Sequence record: PV745554.1
DNA length: 64,000 nt
Reading direction: 5' to 3' (one strand)
Shown here: positions 35,128 to 44,600 of the stretch, piece after piece
Layout: every line of letters starts with the position of its first letter
Position numbering within the stretch: position 1 is the first letter of the stretch
Position numbers and translations under genes: made by a program
Notes under the pieces: generated by a model
Seen by the model: the letters and a program-made list of their open reading frames with translations, nothing else
What the model was told of the DNA's origin: nothing
Database searches by the model: none

Positions 35128-35520
35128 GTGGCCAACCAGTCCTACAAGCTCCACGACGTCATCATCGCCTACGTCAAGGCCGGCAACCCGGAACTCGGGT
35201 TGCTGACCGCTGCCCCTAACCCGGACGGCACTGGCGTGGTCGAGCCCAACAGCGTCTTCGGCTATGGACGCCAAGCCATCTCCTTCGGCTCGACCGTCCG
35301 CATGACGGGCGTCGACGCCGGCAAGTCCTCGATCTCCAACACCGTGCCGATCGTCTTCGGCCCGACCGTCACCGATGGCTGGCCCACCGTCACCCACTGG
35401 GGCGTGTTCAACGAAGACGGCGACCTGCTCGATTACGGCCCGCTGCCGGCCACCCGCACCCTGCCGGTCGGGGACTCGATCTCGTTCGGCGTGGGCGCGG
35501 TGCAACTGCGCTACGCCTAA
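35128..35520 (+). CDS. Virion structural protein (fibre-associated beta family)
   Basis: GYGRQAISF...WPTVTHWGVFNEDGDLLDYGPL...GDSISFGVGAVQL. Confidence 0.75.
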   Translation: MANQSYKLHDVIIAYVKAGNPELGLLTAAPNPDGTGVVEPNSVFGYGRQAISFGSTVRMTGVDAGKSSISNTVPIVFGPTVTDGWPTVTHWGVFNEDGDLLDYGPLPATRTLPVGDSISFGVGAVQLRYA

Positions 35521-35523
35521 CCC

Positions 35524-37467
35524 ATGGCTCGCGTCTGGACTGCACGCGCCGGCGCCGTTGTCCGCTCCGAAGCGGTCATGGTGTCGAACATCGAGCAGGC
35601 GACTTCGTTCGTCGGCGAGATCGCGTTCGAGTCCACGCTCAAGCCGCTGGCGGGCCAGACCGCCGCTTTCGTCGCCGAGTTCGGCATCGACGGCGACTCG
35701 GTCTGGTGGCCCGGCTACCCGGTCGCCTTTGATCCGCCGTTCCGGATCATCGGCGAGTTCGGGCTTAGCCTGTCCAAGAGCGGCGGCTCGATCTTCCCGT
35801 TCGAGTTCGACCGGGGCATCGACGACAAGGACGCCCTGGTCCAGGCCCTCAACGACGCGGGCTATGAGGGCGGAGGCGGCGGCACCCCGTTCGACGACAG
35901 CTTCGACATCGTCCTGAGCGACGGCGACGAGGATGTCTCGCAAGGGGCCATTGATCTGACGGGGCTGTCGGTCGGCGAGTCGATCGTCAACCTCGACGTC
36001 CTCCTGGGCAAGCTGATCCCGCCGCAGCCGCCGGCCTTCCCGAACGGCACGCTCTCGATCAGCAACGTCTCGGGCAACGACCCGCGACTGGCGATCGGGT
36101 TCACCGACAACACCGCCTCGGGCCTGACGGCGGGGACTTCGGTCTCCCGGATCACGGCCTCGGGGGTTTCGACCTTCACGTTCAACGACATCGGTCCGGG
36201 CACCGAAGGCACGCTCGCCGCGCTCCTCAACGGCGCCGAGGCCGCCAGCCGGGTCCTGACGGGCACGGACGAGGGCACCTACTCGGGTCTGGTCATCGCC
36301 GACCAGAAGGACTACCCGGCCGATCGCCCCGGCTTCTGGAAGTCGATGGACGTCAGCCTGAACCTCCTGGCGGTCCCGGTCGGCGTCAACAAGATCAAGC
36401 TGACCCATTCGGCGGCGGGGCAGACCAACGAAGCGGTGTTCATCCGCGACACCCTGACGGCGGTCCCGACGGTCTCGGCCGGCAGCGTCGTCCAGGAAGT
36501 CGCCGGTGCCCTGGCCTACTCGTCGAGCGTCCCACACTACGGCACGGGCGCCTCGCTGACGGTGGGGATGTCCTACAACAACCTCGCGGGCGAGACCTAC
36601 TATGGCGGGTCGGACCCGGTGACGATCTCGGGCTCCAACTCGATCATCGCCGCCAAGTCTCTGAGCTACGGCTCGATCGGCTTCGTCACGCCGTTCGCGC
36701 GTAACACCACCGCCGCCCAGGCGATCAGCGCTCAGTCGATCGCCATCGACGGGACCAACGTCCACACCTCGGGCGTCATCCAGGGCGTGGCGCGTAACGT
36801 CAACGGCGCATCCGCCACGGTCACCCTGTCGTCGACCATCATCCTGGTCAAGCGCGGGACCGCGACGGGCAAGATCGACGAGCTTTCGGTGCCGGTCACC
36901 GGCATGGGCTCGACCCCCAACGGCCTCAACGCCCTGCGCGTGGGCCTGGGGGCGGGCGACACGCCGGCGGGCACGCCCCAGTCCTGGGATCAGACGGCGG
37001 CTCTGGCGACCCATGAAGCGGCCTGCGTCGCCGGCATCATGGGGCACAACCAGAACAACTACGCCACCGGCTATCTGCCCCAGGGGCCGAACCTGTCGGT
37101 GGGGCGCTCGGGCGCCCAGTACGTCACCCTGTCGTTCAAGCGCGCGGCGCGCTCGACCTTCAGGATCGCCATCACCGGCTCCTACGCCGGCTGCTGGGTC
37201 AAGCTGCCGGGCGTCTCCACCGCCCAGCCCAACGCCCCGAACGGCTGGTGGAACGGTTTCCAGGCCTACGACGGCGCCGGTATTCCGGGCGAGGCCGGGG
37301 ACCCCAACGCCGGCTGCGCCCTGGGCGCGGTCATGAACGGGACCTCCGGGACCTTCCAGATCACCTTCGGCACGGAGTCGTCGACCAACGCGACCAACAA
37401 CGAAATCCTGGTCCGCCTGAAGTTCGTCGCCGGGCAGACGCTCACGGCGCTGAGCTTCACGAACTAA
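35524..37467 (+). CDS. Virion structural protein (647 aa)
   Basis: Gly/Ser/Thr-rich, beta-rich long ORF in the structural operon. Confidence 0.78.
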   Translation: MARVWTARAGAVVRSEAVMVSNIEQATSFVGEIAFESTLKPLAGQTAAFVAEFGIDGDSVWWPGYPVAFDPPFRIIGEFGLSLSKSGGSIFPFEFDRGIDDKDALVQALNDAGYEGGGGGTPFDDSFDIVLSDGDEDVSQGAIDLTGLSVGESIVNLDVLLGKLIPPQPPAFPNGTLSISNVSGNDPRLAIGFTDNTASGLTAGTSVSRITASGVSTFTFNDIGPGTEGTLAALLNGAEAASRVLTGTDEGTYSGLVIADQKDYPADRPGFWKSMDVSLNLLAVPVGVNKIKLTHSAAGQTNEAVFIRDTLTAVPTVSAGSVVQEVAGALAYSSSVPHYGTGASLTVGMSYNNLAGETYYGGSDPVTISGSNSIIAAKSLSYGSIGFVTPFARNTTAAQAISAQSIAIDGTNVHTSGVIQGVARNVNGASATVTLSSTIILVKRGTATGKIDELSVPVTGMGSTPNGLNALRVGLGAGDTPAGTPQSWDQTAALATHEAACVAGIMGHNQNNYATGYLPQGPNLSVGRSGAQYVTLSFKRAARSTFRIAITGSYAGCWVKLPGVSTAQPNAPNGWWNGFQAYDGAGIPGEAGDPNAGCALGAVMNGTSGTFQITFGTESSTNATNNEILVRLKFVAGQTLTALSFTN

Positions 37468-37477
37468 GGGGGCGGCC

Positions 37478-38176
37478 ATGGCGATCAATAGCACTGAACT
37501 CGTCGACCGCCTGATCAAGCTGGTCGCCTTCGGGGTCACCAAGACCGGCAAGGCGTCCGACAAGAGCGGCTCGAACGAATCGATCCCCTCTCCGTCCGTG
37601 GTGTTCCCCGAGAACATCTGGAACGAGAAGGGCCTCCTGCCGGCGCTGCCGCCGACCAGCGACAGCGCCCAGGTCAAGGTCTACTCGGGCGCCACGCGCA
37701 TCCGGGCGACCGCCGATCCCACGGCCCAGCCCAACGAGACGTGGCTGGCCACCTCGACCTTCGGAACGCCGTCGACGCGGCTGACCAATTTCATCGCCCC
37801 CTCGGTGGGTGGCTCGGGCTACGCCGCCCGCGTCTTCATCGGGGACCCCAACACCGGCCCGGCCGCCCGCATCTTTCCCGACACCACCGGGGAAGAGTGG
37901 ACCTTCGACTACATGGCCGGCGTCCTCAACTTCCCGACCGCCGTGCCGGGAGCCAAGACCGCAACCATCGGCTCCGGCTCCGTCAGCATCGCGGCCAACG
38001 GCATCTATCTCGAACTCTACCGCTACATCGGCGCGACCGGCGGCGGCGGAGGCGGGGTCGACCCCGACAGCCTGGGCACCATGGCGTACCAGGATGCCGA
38101 TGACGTCGACATCACCGGCGGAGCGATCCGCAACGTCGTCTTCACCAACGTCACCATCGACGGCGGTACGTTCTAA
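37478..38176 (+). CDS. Virion structural protein
   Basis: 232 aa; AAGGGG RBS. Confidence 0.75.
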   Translation: MAINSTELVDRLIKLVAFGVTKTGKASDKSGSNESIPSPSVVFPENIWNEKGLLPALPPTSDSAQVKVYSGATRIRATADPTAQPNETWLATSTFGTPSTRLTNFIAPSVGGSGYAARVFIGDPNTGPAARIFPDTTGEEWTFDYMAGVLNFPTAVPGAKTATIGSGSVSIAANGIYLELYRYIGATGGGGGGVDPDSLGTMAYQDADDVDITGGAIRNVVFTNVTIDGGTF

Positions 38177-38194
38177 CCCTCAGGAGCCCCAACC

Positions 38195-38611
38195 ATGGCC
38201 TCGCTCGTCTACAACTCCATGCTGCACGATCTGGTCAATGGCGACATCGCCTTTGACACCGACACCTTCAAGGTCATGCTGGTGACCTCGGCCTACACGC
38301 CGAACAAGGACACCCACACCCGCAAGAACCAAGTCACCAACGAAGTGACCGGCGCGGGCTACACCGCCGGCGGTCAGGCCTCGGCCGTGACCATCACGCC
38401 CGACACCGCCAACGACCGCGAGGACCTGTCGTTCGCGACCGTGACCTGGACCAGCGCCACCATCACCGCCCGCGCGGCCGTGATCTACAAGGACACCGGC
38501 ACGGCCTCGACCTCGCCGCTGGTCGCCTACGTCGACTTCGGCACGGACGTGTCGTCGACCAACGCGAACTTCGCCGTGTCGTTCTCGTCGCCGCTGCGCT
38601 TCCAGAACTAA
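38195..38611 (+). CDS. Virion structural protein (fibre-associated beta family)
   Basis: AGGAG RBS; GYTAGG...SFATVTWTSATITARAAVIYKDTG...LVAYVDFG. Confidence 0.8.
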   Translation: MASLVYNSMLHDLVNGDIAFDTDTFKVMLVTSAYTPNKDTHTRKNQVTNEVTGAGYTAGGQASAVTITPDTANDREDLSFATVTWTSATITARAAVIYKDTGTASTSPLVAYVDFGTDVSSTNANFAVSFSSPLRFQN

Positions 38612-38618
38612 TCACTAG

Positions 38619-38642
38619 GTCACGAAACCAGGGTTTTGTGAC
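38619..38642. promoter_or_regulatory. 24-bp operator-like palindrome
   Basis: GTCACGAAACCAGGGTTTTGTGAC flanked by CTAG on both sides. Confidence 0.72.
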
Positions 38643-38682
38643 CTAGCCCTCCCGTCCATCCTCCCGTCAAAGGTCTCCCGCG

Positions 38683-41600
38683 TTGGTCGATCTCGTCGCC
38701 GGCACGCCCGCTTCCGTTGCCTATTCCGGCAGCGCGGTGGAGTATGTCGTCAAGGCTGCGGGTCAGGTCGACATCTACCTGTGGGGTGGCGCGGGCTCGG
38801 GCGGCTACTATGCCAACGGTTCGGGCAACGCCAACAAGTTCGGCGGCGCGGGCGGCTACACCAATGCCCGCTTCATGGTCGATGTCGGCGACATCATCAC
38901 CGTCGAGGTGGGCCAGGGCGGGCGCGTCCCGACCGGCTCGGGCACCACCGCGTCTGCCGGTGGCCTGGGCGGCTGGCCTGATGGCGGCTTCGGGGCGATC
39001 AACTCTGGCGCGGCTTGGGTTGCTCCTGGCGGCGGCGGCGGTTCGACCCGCATCTATAAGAACGGCGATCTGGTCGCCGTCGCGGGCGGCGGCGGCGGCG
39101 CCACGGGCTTCTACAGCGGCGGCAACGGCGGCGGCGCGCTCGGCATGGCGTCGACCGACGCCTCGTCCGGCGCGGGCGGCACGCAGCTTGCCGGCGGCGT
39201 GGCCGGCTCGGGCACGCTGGCTGTCCAGTCCGGCGGCTACTTCCGGGGCGGTCAAGCCAGCACCGCCGCGAACGTCTCCAACGCCTACACGGGCGGCGGC
39301 GGCGGCGGCGGCTTCTATGGCGGCGCGTCCAACGGCGGCGGCTCGGGCGCGCACGGCTCGGGCGGCGGCGGCTCGGGCTGGCTGTCCCAGGCCACCGACG
39401 TCGCGGGCGCGTGCCGTGTTGCGCCGCAGGACGGCACGGGCGCTCCGATCAACCCGGCGGGCATCACCATTCCGGCCGGCACCGCGCAAGGCGGGGTCGG
39501 CCCCACGGTCGCAAGCACGGGCTGGGCCTCGATCACGCCGGGCGGCAACGGCTTTGCCTACCTCGCCCTGACCGACATCGGGGCCACGGCCTCGGCCCTG
39601 CCGTCGGGCAGTAGCACGCTCAGCTATACCGGAACCCGGCAGGTCTACGAGGTCACCGACATCTGCTCGGTCGACTTCGAGATGTGGGGCGGCGGCGGCG
39701 GCGGCGGCTTCTATACCTCTGGCGGCAACGCCGCGCGCTTCGGCGGCGCGGCCGGCTACACCAAGCTCACCCGCATCCTCTATCCGGGCGACATCGTCGA
39801 GGTCGAGGTCGCCCAGGGCGGTCAGGCCCCGAGCGGCGTCAGCCAGACCGGCGGCGCGGGCGGCTGGCCCAATGGGGGCTCCGGCGGACGCCCGGCGGCG
39901 GCGGCGCCCAACTTTGGTGGCGGCGGCGGCTCGACCAACGTCTGGGTCAACGGACGTCTGCTGGCGATCGCGGCCGGCGGCGGCGGCTCGACCGGCTTCT
40001 ACTACGGCGGTGTGGGCGGCGGGCGCTTTGGCCTCCAGTCGACCGACCAGACGACCAACAACGGCACCGGCGGCACCTGGGGCGGCGTCAACGCGGTCAG
40101 CAGCCAGGGTCGCGGCTATTTCCTGCAAGGCGGCCACGGCTCGCCGATCGAATCCCCGACCGTCGCGATCGCCACGGCTGGCGCGGGCGGCGGCGGCGGC
40201 TATTACGGCGGCGGGGGCGCCAAGGGCGGCTCGGGCACGCACGGCTCGGGCGGCGGCGGCTGCGGCTACACCTCGGGCGATAACACCTACAACCGCGTTA
40301 TGCAGGCGGGGACGCCTGCCACCGGCGCGCCCTACGATCCGGGCACCAAGCCGGCTGGCGTGGGCGTGGGCGGAACGGGCGGCTCGTCGGCTGGCACCAC
40401 CGGCCCTGGCGGCGACGGTGCGATCAACCTGACCGTCACCCCCCTGACGAGTCTGCCGACCCTGCCGACTGGCAAGACGGTCTTCAGCTTCACCAACGCG
40501 GCTGAGCATTACGTCGCCGGAACCACGGGCCTGATGGCCCTGAAGGTCTGGGGCGCGGGCGGTGGCGGCTGCACGCGCTCGTCTGGCACGCTGCGGCGCG
40601 GCGGCGGCGGCGGCTTCTTCAAGGTCGACATCGTCAAGATCAACCAGGGTGACATCGTCACCTTCGTGGTCGGCGAGGGCGGCAAGGGCATGCCCGGCCC
40701 GAACCTGGGCGGACGCGGTGGCTTCCCGAACGGCGAATACGGCAACGCCGGCGACGCCACGGGTGGCAACGCCGGCGGCGGCGGCTCCTCCCACGTCTAC
40801 ATCAACGGCAAGCTTGTTGGGGTCGCGGGTGGCGGTGGCGGTGGCGCGATCTCGTTCGACGGCGGCACGGCGGGTCTGGCGTCCTATCCGCCCAGCGGCT
40901 ACGGCTTTGGCCCCTCCGGCTCGTCCCTCTTCTATGGCGGCTTCTCGCCCCAGCGCGGCGCGGAAGGCAACAACCGTGGCGTCTTTATGCTGGCCGGCAT
41001 CGGTCAGATTGACGGCGGCACGATCGACACGCCCAACAACCTCGCGGGCGGCGGCGGTGGCGGCGGCTACTGGGGCGGCGCCGGCTCGGCGCCCAACAAC
41101 TCCCGCTTCCAGCCCGGCGGCCCTGGCTCCACCTACATCACCGCCAACTATGTGGGCACCCAGCAGGCGGGCACCACCAGCGGCACCAACCTGTCCGATC
41201 CCGATTGGGGGTCCTCGGCCAGCGTGGGTGGCCAGGGCTCTAACACGCCCGGCAACTCCGTCACCAATGGTGGGCACGGGCGCATCGTCTGCTCGTTCGA
41301 CATCCCGACTCTGCTGAACGAAAGCGTCAGCGCCAACGTCCCCGTGGCCTCGGCGGTCCAGACCTTCATGGTCGGCAACGACGGCACCATCACGCTCAAG
41401 GCCTGGGGCGCGGGCGGCGGCGGCTCGATGATGACCGCCAACAGCGGCTCGGAACTGGCCGGCGGCGGCGGCTATGCGGCGGCGACGCTCGACCTCAAGA
41501 AGGGCCAAATCCTGCGCGTCTATAACGGCGCGGGCGGCAATGGCGCGGTCTATACCAGCGGCGTCTCTGGGGCCTTCGTTGGCACCGGCGGTCCCGGCGG

Positions 41601-44600
41601 CTGGCCCGATGGTGGTCAGGGCGGCATGCACGTCTCGGGCATCTTCGGCGGCGGCGGCGGCTCCTCGCGCGTCTATGTCGACGACATCCTGCTTCTGGTC
41701 GCGGGCGGCGGCGGCGGCGGCGGCATCCATACGGCCACGACCACCGCCGGCGGCGGCGGTGGCACGACGGGCGGCAACTCCGACACCGTCACGGTCTTCA
41801 ACACCGGCGGCCAGACCTATCGCGGCGGCTGGAACACCGGCCGCACGACCGACGCGACCACCTCGGGCAGCGGTTTCAAGGGCGGCGCGGGCTATCTGGC
41901 AGGCAGCACGGCCTCGACCAGCAACATCGCCCATGGTGGCGGTGGCGGCGGCGGCCTCTATGGCGGTTCGGGCTCCGGTTCCACCAACGCCTCCTCGACC
42001 GGCTGGCTGGGCGGCGCCGGCGGCTCGGGCTTCGTCGCGGACGGCTGGGACGTCACCGAGTACGACTACCTGCGCGACTACGTGGTCTTGCAGTATAGCT
42101 TCGACACGCCCAGCGGCGTGGCCGACGATGCGCGCAAGCTGAACACCCTGCTGCTCAATACGGCCCCGACGACGACGACCTCCGGCCCGAAGTTCGGCAC
42201 CACCTGCCTGACCATGTCTGCCGGCCACTTGACGACGGACATCCCGGCGATCGGCCAGCAGGACTTCACCCTGGAAGGTTGGTTCAACCCCGCGTCCTTG
42301 ACGACCGGGGTCATGATGATCATCGGGGACCAGAGCATCAACGGCCTGTCCCTGCACTACTACCCCTCGGCCACGGTCCTGGGCCTGCGGTACAACAACG
42401 CCGATCCCTCGGGCGCCACGCTCGACACCAAGTACACCGACTCTGCGCGCGCCGCCAACGTCTGGGCGCACTATGCGATCTCGCGCGACATCAACGGCAC
42501 GCGCGTCTACAAGGACGGCATCCTCGTCTCGACGACGACCGGCTCGCCGTTCTCGATCACCGCCACCACCCTGACCCTGGGCAACTACCGGTCGATCGCG
42601 GGGGCCAGCACGCGCTTCGTCGGCAAGATCGACGAGGTGCGCCTGACGGTGGGTGTCGCCCGCTACCGCCAGAACTTCAAGCCCCAGCAGTTCCGCAACA
42701 AGCGCACCCTGGGCCTGACGGGTGCGAGCACGGTCCAGGCCGGCAGCAGCGGCAACGGCCTGCCGGCCTCCACGGGCGTCTCGGGCTATGCCGCCGGTCG
42801 CGGTGTCGGCGCGGCCGTCAAGACCACGCCCGCCAATGGCAACCCTGGCGGCGACGGGCAGATCAACTATTTCCTGGCGACCTCGACGGTCGCGGCGACG
42901 GGTCCGATCGGCACCGTCCAGGTCGGTGGACTGATCACGGCCGCCGCCGGCGCCTTCTATCCGCTGCCGGCGGCCGGCACCACCGTCGTCCATCCCTATA
43001 CCGGCTCGCGCTACAACTACTCGGTCGACGATCCGGGTGGGGCGCGCATCAAGGTCGAGATGTGGGGCGCGGGCGGCGGCGGCTGCTCGGCGACCAACTC
43101 CAGCACCTCGACGGGTGGCGGCGGCGGCGGCTATACCGTCTACGAGATGGACCTTGTCCAGGGTGACAAGATCACGCTCCAGACGCCGTCCGGGGGCTTC
43201 GGCTCCAACACCGCCGGCGGCAGCGACGCCTCGGGCATCAATGCCGGCGGCTATCCCGACGGTGGCAACGGCTATCGCCCCGCCTTCACCGCGTTCAACG
43301 GCGGCGGCGGCGGCTCTGCGCGCATGTGGGCGGGCGGCGATCTGGCGGCCGTGGCGGGCGGCGGCGGCGGCGGCGCCTATGGCTCGGTCGCCTATGACTT
43401 CGCGGGCGGCCCCGGTGGCGGTTCGTCGGGCGGCTCGGGTGGCTACGACGGCGTCAACGCGACCTTCCCCAACACCGGCGGCACCCAAAGCGTCGGTGGC
43501 ACGGGCACGCCCAACGGTGTCTCGGGCTCGTTCATGCAAGGCGGCGTGGGCGGCACCACGATCAGCGTCGCCAACAACGGCCCCGGCGGCGGCGGTGGCT
43601 ATTACGGCGGCGGCGGCGGCGGCGCCTACAAGGCGGCCGGCGGCGGCTCGGGCTACATCAACACCACCCTGAGCGGCTATCGCACCGGCTCGACCTCGGG
43701 CGGCTCGGGCAACCTGCCGGGCGGCATGGGCTCGCCCAACTACGCCTCGGGCATCGGGGTCGGTTCGAACGGCAAGGCGGGCGTTCGCGTCGGCGGCAAC
43801 GGCCGGATCGTCCTGACGGTCATCACGCCCACGCCCGGCAACGCCGCCGGTCTGATCGGCACCGTCAACGTCTCGGGCCTGAACACCTTCGGCACCCTGG
43901 TCGGCACCCCGACCGGCGCGATCGGCACGGTCAATGTCGTCGTCCCGGTCGGCACGTCCGGTCAGCCGGCCTTTGCGTCGGGCGTCCTGCCGGTCATCGG
44001 GCTGGGTCCGCCCGAGACGATCCCGCAGGCCCAGGCGATCGTCATCGTTCCGATCAACGACCAGACCTCGCTCCTGGTCAGCCCGCCCGATCACGCGCCG
44101 TTCGCCATCGACGCCGAGGGCACGGGTGATCTGGGCACGATCACCGTCACGTCGTTCAACTCGACCCAGACGGCCGCCGCCAACGCCACCCCCGCCCTGC
44201 CGACGGTCACGCTCACCGCGCCCGAGGCTGACGCGGTCGAAATCCCGCCGGTCCTGGCGTCGGGCGCGCTCGTCACCATCCCGGTCACCGCGCCCGAGGC
44301 GTCCACCCAGGTCATCCCCCCGGTCGAGACCAGCGGCGACATCGGCACGATCACGCTCGTCACGCTCAACGGCGACGCCTCGACCAACAACAACGTCGCC
44401 ACCTCGGGCGACATCGGCACGATCACGCTCACCGCGCTGGATGGCAGCGCCCAGGGTGATGATCTGGCCGAGGGCCTGATCGGTACGATCACGGTCACCG
44501 TCCCCACGGCGGTCGTTCAGCAGAGCGCCGAGGCGACCGGCGACATTGGCACCATCTCGGTCTACGCGATCGAAGGGGGTCAACCGGCTGACGCCAGCGG